In this document: piece by piece, positions 41,753-51,783 of the stretch
How the letters are laid out: each line of letters opens with the position of its first letter
How positions within the stretch are numbered: position 1 is the stretch's first letter
From: Candidatus Poribacteria bacterium
GTDB taxonomy: Bacteria > Poribacteria > WGA-4E > WGA-3G
DNA length: 64,000 nt
NCBI GenBank assembly: GCA_963663765.2
Contig: CAXXUA010000005.1
Span: 1,344,001-1,408,000 of the forward strand
Reading direction: 5' to 3'
Notes under the pieces: generated by a model
Seen by the model: the letters and a program-made list of their open reading frames with translations, nothing else
The model's database searches: none
What the model was told of the DNA's origin: nothing
Made by a program: the position numbers and the translations under genes

Positions 41753-43750
41753 ATGAATTTGGCAGTGTTATTCAGTTTTAAGAGTCTTCTATTATTGAGA
41801 TTTACTAAAAGTTAATATCTAATTGTTGTAGATAAGGTTTCCTAACTGCACCTTTCGCATCAATTTTAGATTATTGAAACATGAACATCGGTCTTTAGTC
41901 CCGTAGGGACGATATGTTTATAGAAAACGAATACCCTCCCCAATTCTTTAGTCCCGTAGGGACGATATGTTTATTCTTCTATGCCGTTCCTACGGAACTC
42001 ATAGAGGAATGGGTAACATTTATCTATAAACATATCGTCTCTACGAGACTAAATGGTTCTTTCGGCAATTAATTTTAGCATAAAATAAAAGTTCAATGCT
42101 GAAGAACCCAGTAGTCATCTGTTTAAGTAGTAGATCATCAATGGACACATACAATAAATATATAGCAAGAAAACCACTAAAGACATAAACAAGATGACAT
42201 CGCATAAATTAACGTCATAGCAAAATAATATCAAAAATACCTAAAACTGAATAACCCTGATGAATTTGGCAGTGTTATTCAGTTTTAAGAGTCTTCTATT
42301 ATTTAGATTTACTAAAAGTTAATATCTAATTGTTGTAGATAAGGTTTCCTAACTGCACCTTTCGCATCAATTTTAGATTATTGAAACATGAACAACGGTC
42401 TTTAGTCCCGTAGGGACGATATGTTTATAGAAAACGAATACCCTCCCCAATTCTTTAGTCCCGTAGGGACGATATGTTTATTCTTCTATGCCGTTCCTAC
42501 GGAACTCATAGAGGAATGGATAACATTTATCTATAAACATATCGTCTCTACGAGACTAAAGACATAAACAAGATGACATCGCATAAATTAACGTCATAGC
42601 AAAATAATATCAAAAATACCTAAAACTGAATAACCTTGATAAATTTGGCAGTGTTATTCAGTTTTAAGAGTCTTCTATTATTGAGATTTACTAAAAGTTA
42701 ATATCTAATTTTTGTAGATAAGGTTTCCTAACTGCACCTTTTGCATCAATTTTAGATTATTGAAACATGAACATCGGTCTTTAGTCCCGTAGGGACGATA
42801 TGTTTATTCTTCTATGCCGTTCCTACGGAACTCATAGAGGAATGGGTAACATTTATCTATAAACATATCGTTCCTACGGAACTAAAGACATAAACAAGAT
42901 GACATCGCATAAATTAACGTCATAGCAAAATAATATCAAAAATACCTAAAACTGAATAACCTTGATGAATTTGGCAGTGTTATTCAGTTTTAAGAGTCTT
43001 CTATTATTGAGATTTACTAAAAGTTAATATCTAATTTTTGTAGATAAGGTTTCCTAACTGCACCTTTCGCATCAATTTTAGATTATTGAAACATGAACAT
43101 CGGTCTTTAGTCCCGTAGGGACGATATGTTTATAGAAAACGAATACCCTCCCCATGTCTTTAGTCCCGTAGGGACGATATGTTTATTCTTCTATGCCGTT
43201 CCTATGGAACTCATAGAGGAATGGATAACATTTATCTATAAACATATCGTTCCTACGGAACTAAAGACATAAACAAGATGACATCGCATAAATTAACGTC
43301 ATAGCAAAATAATATCAAAAATACCTAAAACTGAATAACCCTGATGAATTTGGCAGTGTTATTCAGTTTTAAGAGTCTTCTATTATTGAGATTTACTAAA
43401 AGTTAATATCTAATTGTTGTAGATAAGGTTTCCTAACTGCACCTTTTGCATCAATTTTAGATTATTGAAACATGAACATCGGTCTTTAGTCCCGTAGGGA
43501 CGATATGTTTATAGAAAACGAATACCCTCCCCATGTCTTTAGTCCCGTAGGGACGATATGTTTATTCTTCTATGCCGTTCCTATGGAACTCATAGAGGAA
43601 TGGATAACATTTATCTATAAACATATCGTTCCTACGGAACTAAAGACATAAACAAGATGACATCGCATAAATTAACGTCATAGCAAAATAATATCAAAAA
43701 TACCTAAAACTGAATAACCTTGATAAATTTGGCAGTGTTATTCAGTTTTA
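41753..43750. repeat. Five tandem copies plus a stub of a CAG(G/T)G-ended MITE separated by a 10-bp direct repeat
   Basis: Periods 507, 379, 326, 379, 379 nt; ends cagtgttattcagtttt...aaaactgaataacc(c/t)tg; spacer AT(G/A)AATTTGG. Confidence 0.9.
42054..42176 (+). mobile_element. 123-bp MITE inserted at a REP end
   Basis: TGGTT...AACCA ends, 5-bp duplication CTAAA; absent from the four neighbouring units; reverse copy at 48999-49121. Confidence 0.85.
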
Positions 43751-43894
43751 TAAATTGCAAGTCCATGAGTTTTACCAATAGTCACTTATAATCGCATCAG
43801 TACAAAGTAGTAGAGACACTCCGTGGGTTCTCCGTGCTCCACTCTAAAAACGGCACGCGGAGCATGCCTACTACCATGTCTGACTATTGATTAT

Positions 43895-44225
43895 TAGGGT
43901 TATTCAGTTTTAAGAATCTATCGTTATTCCAGTTAACTTTGGGTTAAGATTAGTGAATATATAGGGTTTTTGTGGTATTCTTTATTATTGTCTGAACCAG
44001 GATATTCAGGATTAGTAGATTATCAAGATATTTCTCATCAGATCTTATTCCAAAAGACGGCATAAACACATATCAAAAACCCTTGACGAGGTAAATCCTG
44101 AAAATCTGGTAATCCTGAAAATCCTGGTTCAGACAAAGAATGGGTTAACTCCCAAAAATAAACTAACTCAAGGATTAACAACTGTGATAGAATTTACTCA
44201 ATAAATTGAAAACTAAATAACCCTG
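43895..44225. mobile_element. CAGGG-family MITE with 9-bp-periodic inverted-repeat cargo
   Basis: agggttattcagtttt...aaaactaaataaccct; inner tgtctgaaccagga...tcctggttcagaca. Confidence 0.65.
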
Positions 44226-44243
44226 CATTAAACACTTGATATC

Positions 44244-44272
44244 TTGACACCATTCTCACGTTAACATATACT
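44244..44272 (+). promoter_or_regulatory. Sigma70-type promoter of the binding-protein gene
   Basis: TTGACA-17 nt-TATACT. Confidence 0.7.
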
Positions 44273-44316
44273 AAAAGGACAAGTTTAGTTTAATCAGTTT
44301 TTCATTTATCTTAAAC

Positions 44317-44539
44317 CCGACACTCCGCACTTCTGATTTGCGTTTTTCGATAATAATTTGATAAACCCGCGTGGAGACTATATTTAGCAAACAATTTCAA
44401 TTTAAAATGATAAAATAACAAGTTCGGTTTTGTCTCAAAATATAGAACTCAAAATCACCATTATTTTGTGCGAATCCTTGTGTGATACGGGTTTATCCCA
44501 ATATTATAAAAATGTATTAAAACAAGTGCGGAGTGTAGG
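44317..44539. mobile_element. 223-bp MITE, copy 2
   Basis: Same sequence as 10692-10914, different 6-bp duplication TTAAAC. Confidence 0.9.
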
Positions 44540-44578
44540 TTAAACTAACTTTCAAATCTACTTTATAGGATGGTTTAT

Positions 44579-46327
44579 ATGAAAAAATTAATGAAAACAA
44601 CATTCGTTTTGGTGTTCTCACTCATGACCGTAGCATTCGCAGCCAATTTCACAGGTGATGTCAATAATGATGGCACCGTCAATATCCTTGACCTAACATT
44701 CATCGCTTCACATTTCGGTGAAAACATAGATGCATCCGAAGATCCGAACCCAGATGTCAATGGCGACGGCATTGTAGACATACGAGACTTAGTATTAGCA
44801 GCCAATCGTATTGGGCAAACCATCCCAGACAACACCCTCATTTTTGGGCGCGGCGGGGACTCCATCACGCTCAATCCACCGCAAGTGGAAGATGGTGAAT
44901 CCGCAAAAGTGTGTGATATGATATACGACACACTCGTACAATACAAAGCGAACACAACCGACCTTGAACCCGCATTAGCCACATCCTGGACACGTTCCGC
45001 AGACGCACTAACGTGGACATTCCACCTCCAAGAAGATGTCCAATTCCACGACGGTACCCCCTTCAACGCAGGAGCAGTAATTTTTTCACTCACACGTCCA
45101 CAAGTGCTGTTCCGAGAATTTCACGAACAATTTATCAGCGACATAAAAGCCATAAACAACTATACAGTGCAGATACAACTCAAGACACCTTATGCACCCT
45201 TCATCAGCACGTTGGCGGGGACATCGTTCTCCATCGTCAGTCCAACATCTCATCCAAACCTTGCAGAACATCCAGTAGGTACAGGTCCTTTCAAATTTGA
45301 AAAATGGGATAAAGGCGACAAAATCGTCCTTACAGCAAACGAGACATATTGGGCAGGTAAACCTGCATTAGATTGCCTCATCTTTAGATCCATACCAGAC
45401 AACGCAACACGCCTTGCAGAACTTCAGGCAGGCAACCTACACGTGATGGAATTCCCTAATACAGACGACATACCAACGATTCAAGGTGACCCACAACTTG
45501 AACTCCTCAAGCAGCCGAGTCTGAATACCGGTTATATTGCAATGAACATGGAGAAACCACCTTTTGATAACATCAAAGTCCGCCTTGCGATTAACCATGC
45601 GATTAACAAAGTTGACATCATTGAACGTCTCTATCAAGGTTTAGGAATTCCTGCGAAGAATCCTATCCCACCAACACTGTGGAGCTATGACGATACAATA
45701 GAGGACTACGCCTACGACCCAGAACTCGCAAAGCAGCTCCTCGCTGAAGCAGGATATCCTGACGGATTTGACACAACGCTCTGGTCATTACCCGTGCCGC
45801 GCCCTTACATTCCTAACGGGATGGCACTGGCAGAGGAGATTCAATCGGATCTACAAAATGTCGGCATCAACGCAAGTATTATCACTTACGACTGGGCAAC
45901 CTATTTGAACAAAACTGCAAACGGGGAACACGACATGGCGATGTTAGGTTGGATCGCCGATGTAGCAGACCCTGATAACTTTTTCTATTCGCTTTTGAGT
46001 ATTCCCAATGCAGAGAAACCCGCATATAATATCTCGTTTTATCGAAACGAGACGTTGCAAACAATACTGGATCGCGCCAGAATGAGCACTGACGCAGACA
46101 TCGCAACGTTAGAAGCACAAGAGGATGATAGGTTTGTCGGAGGAACAATTACGGACCGAGATGTGCGCACCCGACTTTATCAGCAAGCACAAGCCATCGT
46201 CCACAGAGACGCACCGTGGGTGCCATTGGCACATGCACAACGCATCTTGGTGGTAAACACAGATGTCAAGAACATCAATCTTTCACCGTTAGGATGGAAA
46301 TACCTGCGTACCGCATCTTTTGAATAA
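44579..46327 (+). CDS. Family 5 (DppA/OppA-like) ABC substrate-binding protein with N-terminal dockerin-like domain
   Basis: Signal peptide; GDVNNDGTVNILDL...DVNGDGIVDIRDL; PALATSW, FHDGTPFNA, PVGTGPF, RPYIPN, GWIADVADPDNF; start may be 44570. Confidence 0.88.
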   Translation: MKKLMKTTFVLVFSLMTVAFAANFTGDVNNDGTVNILDLTFIASHFGENIDASEDPNPDVNGDGIVDIRDLVLAANRIGQTIPDNTLIFGRGGDSITLNPPQVEDGESAKVCDMIYDTLVQYKANTTDLEPALATSWTRSADALTWTFHLQEDVQFHDGTPFNAGAVIFSLTRPQVLFREFHEQFISDIKAINNYTVQIQLKTPYAPFISTLAGTSFSIVSPTSHPNLAEHPVGTGPFKFEKWDKGDKIVLTANETYWAGKPALDCLIFRSIPDNATRLAELQAGNLHVMEFPNTDDIPTIQGDPQLELLKQPSLNTGYIAMNMEKPPFDNIKVRLAINHAINKVDIIERLYQGLGIPAKNPIPPTLWSYDDTIEDYAYDPELAKQLLAEAGYPDGFDTTLWSLPVPRPYIPNGMALAEEIQSDLQNVGINASIITYDWATYLNKTANGEHDMAMLGWIADVADPDNFFYSLLSIPNAEKPAYNISFYRNETLQTILDRARMSTDADIATLEAQEDDRFVGGTITDRDVRTRLYQQAQAIVHRDAPWVPLAHAQRILVVNTDVKNINLSPLGWKYLRTASFE

Positions 46328-46654
46328 GTGATGTATTGTGGAAAAGTTTGTAATACCAATTCAAATAAATCTTGTCTCATTAAGGAATTCTACTGTTTAC
46401 TGGCAGGAGGTCGCTCCTACCAGATTTCCGCTGCTAATGAGACATTATCACATGAAATATGTATAATATCATTTCAAACGTGAGTTGAGGTGTGTAAAGT
46501 CTTAGCATGGTGCAATCTGTGTAATCCGAGATTCTGTCTGTGAAAAATTTTACACACCAATTATATTGATTATGAATGTTAGGTATGTTATTATCTCCCA
46601 CAAATAACTGCAACATATTAGTGCTGCCGCAGCATATTATACACTTTCTAATCC

Positions 46655-46999
46655 ATGAAACCATCAAGAGAGCAAACCTATCCACAACCATACATAGACA
46701 TGTGTCAGCACCCCGCAATTCAGGCACTAAAACCCAACACAGTACACACCAATGATGTTTGGATACCCACTTCTGAACAACTGCACGAACTCTTAAACCA
46801 AGAACTTCCATATCCAGAACGTTCCAGTTTCAAACGGACTGCTAACGGTTGGGAATACCAAACCTATTTTCGTGAATGGGCGGATGATTACGGCACCTAT
46901 ATTGACACACACCGACAATTTGTTGGACCTCATGCAGAATCCGTGCTTATGCAAGTGCTAATCGCATTACTCGGAATTGAGGAACGATGGATGGTTTAA
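46655..46999 (+). CDS. Hypothetical protein
   Basis: 114-aa ORF, 6 nt from the next gene. Confidence 0.6.
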   Translation: MKPSREQTYPQPYIDMCQHPAIQALKPNTVHTNDVWIPTSEQLHELLNQELPYPERSSFKRTANGWEYQTYFREWADDYGTYIDTHRQFVGPHAESVLMQVLIALLGIEERWMV

Positions 47000-47005
47000 A
47001 AAGAA

Positions 47006-47737
47006 ATGACTTTCAAGGAGAGATCTATGACATTTACAGTATTATTGGCAACGATTCGAGAATATAAACAAGCAGGAATTAACGACCTAAACATACTCAC
47101 AACGCTTCTCAATGACACATTCGGTGATTGGCTAATGTCTCAAGGTGTCAGTCATCTGGAGATGTTAGACGTAAACAAATTGTGCTTGAACATCGCAGGA
47201 CAACTTCATGAACACAATCCAACAAGAGCCATTCAACTATTCTCCAGATTTCTTGTGATTTCACTTGACAAGGAGATAGAGAATCCTGAAACCATATCTG
47301 ATGCACTCAAGAACTACATTTCAGAAGGTGATGGGACTTATGTTTGGGTGATTCCCGACGGTTACATGGCAGGTTTGACTGAAGCTGAACAAGAATGGGA
47401 ACAGCACGGTGGCGGGTATTTCTCACATGAATCTATCTGCATTTCCAATACTGCAGACATTGACACGCGGTGTGTCTTAGAGGTGCTTTACGAAGATACT
47501 GCTATGGAAAATGTCTCTTGTGAATTTGACGTTCCTGCACATAGATCGGTGCATTACCGTTTAGACAAACTGAAGGACCCGAACGGTGAACCGTTGATTG
47601 CAAAAGATGCACCCGTGAGTTATAAAATCACAAGTCTTGATGCACGGATTGTTGTACAAGGGTCGCGCATTCTAACAAGCGGTGAGAACAGCATGTTCGC
47701 AAGTTTTGGCACAGTGATGGCTTGGTGTCCACAATAA
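47006..47737 (+). CDS. Protein with C-terminal sensory rhodopsin transducer (ASRT)-like domain
   Basis: WVIPDGY...SHESICISNT...LYED...VPAHRSVH.RL...IVVQ. Confidence 0.65.
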   Translation: MTFKERSMTFTVLLATIREYKQAGINDLNILTTLLNDTFGDWLMSQGVSHLEMLDVNKLCLNIAGQLHEHNPTRAIQLFSRFLVISLDKEIENPETISDALKNYISEGDGTYVWVIPDGYMAGLTEAEQEWEQHGGGYFSHESICISNTADIDTRCVLEVLYEDTAMENVSCEFDVPAHRSVHYRLDKLKDPNGEPLIAKDAPVSYKITSLDARIVVQGSRILTSGENSMFASFGTVMAWCPQ

Positions 47738-47768
47738 TCTGCACTATGCTAAAACAAGATGCGCGTTG

Positions 47769-48797
47769 TTATGATCGAGAAAATGACTCCCATTTATCTT
47801 CTTGTACATCTTCAGTGTTTTTCAGAATTCTTTCCCACCATTCTTGGTTTTCAGCATACCATTGAATTGTCTCACGCATGCCTTGCTCATAAGAGATTTT
47901 CGGTTGCCACCCAAGTTCATTGTGAATCTTTGTTGAGTCCAAAAGGTATCGGCAATCGTGACCGGGTCTGTCAGGCACATAAGTCTTCAAACTTTGTGGT
48001 TTACCGAGTGCATCTAAAATAAAATCACTAATCTCCTCAATGCTTTTCTCAACGCCACTGCCAATGTTATATGTTTCACCAATCTTTCCGTTGAAGATAA
48101 CCTTTGCTATTGCTTGGCAATGGTCATCAACATGCAACCACTCCCTTCTGTTATGACTACTTCGGTATAACGTCAATTGCAAATCCTGAAGGGCTTTCGT
48201 TGTAAAGAGTGGTATAAGTTTTTCCGGATGTTGGTAGGGTCCGTAATTATTGCAGCTGTTAGAAATCGTTATCGGCAGTCCAAAACTGTGGAAATACGCG
48301 TTGACAAGATGATCTGCTGATGCTTTAGAGGCGTTATAGGGTGTTTGTGGACGGTAAGGAGCAGCTTCATCAAACGCATCAGGTGAGTACATTTCCAGTT
48401 CACCGTATACTTCACATGTTGATATGTGGTGGAACCGCGGCACATTGTGTTCACGGGCAGCATCCAACAAAACTTGCGTACCTATCACATTCGTTTCAAA
48501 AAACTCACGCGGTTGCAAAATTGCACGGCTATTGTGTGATTCTGCGGCAAAATTGACAATCACATCCGGTTGGTGTGTTTCCATAAGTTCTGAAACAAAC
48601 ACATCATCAAGAATGTCACCTTGAGCAAACGCATATCTATCCGTATATGCTAATACAACATCTGTTAGGTTAGAGAGATTTCCGGCATACGTCAGCCGGT
48701 CAAGGTTAACTATAGCATCATCAGGATACGCCTTGAGCCAGAACCTGATAAAGTTGGTACCAATGAAACCAGCACCACCTGTAACTAATAATTTCAT
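47769..48797 (-). CDS. rfbB: dTDP-glucose 4,6-dehydratase
   Basis: LVTGGAGFIG, LTYAGN, NFAAESH, YNASKA, NNYGPYQHPEKLIP, DRPGHD. Confidence 0.92.
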   Translation of the reverse strand: MKLLVTGGAGFIGTNFIRFWLKAYPDDAIVNLDRLTYAGNLSNLTDVVLAYTDRYAFAQGDILDDVFVSELMETHQPDVIVNFAAESHNSRAILQPREFFETNVIGTQVLLDAAREHNVPRFHHISTCEVYGELEMYSPDAFDEAAPYRPQTPYNASKASADHLVNAYFHSFGLPITISNSCNNYGPYQHPEKLIPLFTTKALQDLQLTLYRSSHNRREWLHVDDHCQAIAKVIFNGKIGETYNIGSGVEKSIEEISDFILDALGKPQSLKTYVPDRPGHDCRYLLDSTKIHNELGWQPKISYEQGMRETIQWYAENQEWWERILKNTEDVQEDKWESFSRS

Positions 48798-48872
48798 GTT
48801 TGTCCTTAAGTCCAACGTTCTTGAATGACAATATCCTATCAGAAACTTAAATAAAGTGTCAATGTAATTGTT

Positions 48873-49359
48873 CAGGGTTATTCAGTTTTAGGAGTTTTCT
48901 GTTATTGAGATTTACTGAAAGTTAATACCCAAATGAGGTTCCTAACTGCACCTTATACATCAATTTTAGATTATTGAAACATGAACATCGCTCTTTAGTG
49001 GTTTTCTTGCTATGTATTTATTGTATGTTTCCATTGATGATCTCCTACTTAAACAGATGACTACTGGGTTCTTTAGCATTGGACTTTTATTTTATGCTAA
49101 AATTAATTGCCGAAAGAACCATTTAGTCCCGTAGGGACGATATGTTTATAGAAAACGAATACCCTCCCCAGCTCTTTAGTCCCGTAGGGACGATATGTTT
49201 ATTCTTCTATGCCGTTCCTACGGAACTCAAGAGAGTTAGATAACATTTTTCTATAAACATATCGTCCCTACGGGACTAAAGACACGGACAAGATGGCAAC
49301 ACATAAAATTAACGTCATAGCAAAAAATCATCAAAAATACCTAAAACTAAATAACCCTG
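48873..49359. mobile_element. CAGGG-ended MITE with nested 123-bp MITE (48999-49121)
   Basis: cagggttattcagtttt...aaaactaaataaccctg, 9-bp duplication GTAATTGTT; inner element with TTTAG duplication. Confidence 0.88.
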
Positions 49360-49366
49360 GTAATTG

Positions 49367-49395
49367 TTGACAAAAAAACGTATACAATATAAAAT
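49367..49395 (+). promoter_or_regulatory. Sigma70-type promoter
   Basis: TTGACA-17 nt-TAAAAT before GGAGGTG RBS. Confidence 0.6.
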
Positions 49396-49423
49396 AAGGT
49401 CAACACTACGGGGAGGTGAAACA

Positions 49424-50362
49424 ATGCGACAGCGTAAATTTGGTAAAACAGGATTGATCGTCTCCGAAATCGGTATGGGAACATGGGAACTCGGGGGCCG
49501 TGAATGGGGAGACATCGGCGAAAAAGTTGCAGTTGATCTCTTACGATACGCTTTTGAAAAGGGTGTCAGCTTTTACGATACCGCGGACCAATACGGTGGT
49601 GGACGCGCTGAACGTCTACTCGGTGAGGCTTTTTCAGTACTCGGAAACAGGGTTGTCATTGCAACGAAACTCGGCTATGAATTGGACTCCGATGGGTGGA
49701 TGAGTCAAGGTGGCAAAGTTCCTTCCTATAATGCATCGCGCAGTTACATTCGTCAAGCCGTTGAAGGCAGCCTCTCACGTTTGAAAAGAGATGCTATAGA
49801 CATCTATCAATTTCATGCACCACCCCCAGCTGAAGTTTGGGATGAAGCATTCGGCACGATGGAAGATCTCAAAACCGAAGGCAAAATCCGTTTTTATGGA
49901 TTGTGTCTCGGAAATCAGGAACAGGCACTTAAAGCAATCGCAGAAACTGACATATCGTCCTTGATGCTCACCTACAACATGCTGAATCAAGGTATGGCAA
50001 AACCAGTGATGGAAACAGCAGCGGAAAATGGAATTGCAGTTGTTGCACGTCAACCATTATCATCAGGACTGCTTACGGGGCAGCTCACACCAGAAACCGA
50101 GTTCGCTGAAAACGACTATCGGAAGACATGGCCCCGTGAAAAACTTATCGCTGATTTAGAACGTGTGGAACAGATTAAATCCATTGTCAAGGGTAAAACG
50201 AAAAGCCTCCCACAAGCAGCACTCAAGTTTATCTTGGCGCATCCCGCGGTCAGTTGTGTAATCCCGGGTATGATGACACCTGCACAAGTTGATGACGGTA
50301 CTTCTACATCTGGGACATCCCCCCTACCTGCTGCTGTCCTGAAAAAACTACGCGACAATTAG
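49424..50362 (+). CDS. Aldo/keto reductase
   Basis: SEIGMGTW, YDTADQYG, IATK, SLSRL..D.IDIYQFH, PLSSGLL, VIPG. Confidence 0.92.
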   Translation: MRQRKFGKTGLIVSEIGMGTWELGGREWGDIGEKVAVDLLRYAFEKGVSFYDTADQYGGGRAERLLGEAFSVLGNRVVIATKLGYELDSDGWMSQGGKVPSYNASRSYIRQAVEGSLSRLKRDAIDIYQFHAPPPAEVWDEAFGTMEDLKTEGKIRFYGLCLGNQEQALKAIAETDISSLMLTYNMLNQGMAKPVMETAAENGIAVVARQPLSSGLLTGQLTPETEFAENDYRKTWPREKLIADLERVEQIKSIVKGKTKSLPQAALKFILAHPAVSCVIPGMMTPAQVDDGTSTSGTSPLPAAVLKKLRDN

Positions 50363-50371
50363 GGAGAGCGA

Positions 50372-50677
50372 ATGAAGGTTATTGCCGATTTGTGTGTTGT
50401 CCCTATGGGTGTTGGAGTTTCTGTCTCAAAATATGTCACTGCATGCGAAAAAGTGTTGAAAGAAGCAGGCCTGAAGACAAAGTTGCACGCTTACGGCACA
50501 AACATTGAAGGTGAATGGGATGTCGTGTTTACCGCAATAAAGACGTGTCATGAAGTCGTGCATGAGATGGGCGCACCACGTATTACAACAACCTTGAAGT
50601 TTGGCACACGTATTGACAGAACCCAAACTATGGAAGATAAGGTCAACAGCGTTCAGAAAAAGTTAGCTGAAAATTAA
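50372..50677 (+). CDS. MTH1187-family thiamine-binding protein
   Basis: VVPMG.GVSVSKYV, LHAYGTNIEGEWD, GAPRITT, R.D. Confidence 0.9.
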   Translation: MKVIADLCVVPMGVGVSVSKYVTACEKVLKEAGLKTKLHAYGTNIEGEWDVVFTAIKTCHEVVHEMGAPRITTTLKFGTRIDRTQTMEDKVNSVQKKLAEN

Positions 50678-50777
50678 ATGTCTTGAATTCTAACTTTGCT
50701 TATGATATAGTGTCTGAAACTACTCGTTAAGTCCTAACGTGACTTGAAACATAAGATTTTTTAAAAAGGAGGAAAAT

Positions 50778-51614
50778 TTGAAGAAAATTTTCTTATTTAC
50801 ACTGACAATTGTTTTCGCACTTGTGATGTTTTTGGGTATTTCTAACCTCGCTATAGCGCAAACAGTTAATATTACTGATGGTCCCTTGACAGACGCAAAC
50901 AAATTAACTAATCCACCAGGTATAGGTAACGGACAACAAGGAGATATACATGATGTTACTACCTGGATTGCGAAATGGTATGGTCTCACTGGGAACTATA
51001 CAGAAAATGGTGGTTTTGGTACTTCTGCATCAATGGATCTCATGTCTATCGGCACAGGTGGAGAGATTACTGATGTCTCACTCTCCACAATAAGCGGACT
51101 GCGAAAAACAAGGGATACCAATGTTGACTGGGGTGCTGCACATGGTGGTATGCGATCTTGGACAGTTTTTACAATTGACCCAAATAGCGGTACCAATATG
51201 GACCGAGGGGGACCAGCCGGTAATTTTGATCATTATGGTATCCTTGTTATTGATGCACCCCAAAACATGACTTCTGTGATGTCTCCCGCACATGACGATC
51301 ATGCACAGATATGGATTAACGGTGAGAAATGGTATAACAACTCCTTATGGACTGGAAACGTCAAAAAAGTTGCATGCAACATTGATGTTGACTTAAAAAA
51401 AGGAACTAACGTGCTTGTCTTTCGTTGTGGTGAAGGCGGCGGTTCGTCATACTTCAACTTACATTTTGATAACGCAACCCACGCTGCTGTCACTATCTAT
51501 CCCAATACGGCAGCAGATAAGGATTCATTCTTTGCAGAAATTGACAGTATTTTACCGGTTGAACCGCTTGAAAAACTGACGACAACATGGGCAGATATCA
51601 AGCAAAAACGGTAA
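50778..51614 (+). CDS. Secreted hypothetical protein, paralogue A
   Basis: Signal peptide, HDDHAQIWING...LKKG.N jelly-roll motif, C-terminal VEPLEKLTTTWADIK. Confidence 0.8.
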   Translation: MKKIFLFTLTIVFALVMFLGISNLAIAQTVNITDGPLTDANKLTNPPGIGNGQQGDIHDVTTWIAKWYGLTGNYTENGGFGTSASMDLMSIGTGGEITDVSLSTISGLRKTRDTNVDWGAAHGGMRSWTVFTIDPNSGTNMDRGGPAGNFDHYGILVIDAPQNMTSVMSPAHDDHAQIWINGEKWYNNSLWTGNVKKVACNIDVDLKKGTNVLVFRCGEGGGSSYFNLHFDNATHAAVTIYPNTAADKDSFFAEIDSILPVEPLEKLTTTWADIKQKR

Positions 51615-51783
51615 TTGAAAAAAACGTTTAATTTATATTGACATTTTTTTGCCAATATAATATTATGTTTGTTGTAATGTTGAACTATATTTCAACGTTT
51701 TATAACCTATATAGGAAAATCTGGGTTAAGTCTTTAGTTTAACCCAATATCATAACTATCTAATCTATAGAGAAGGATAAAAA

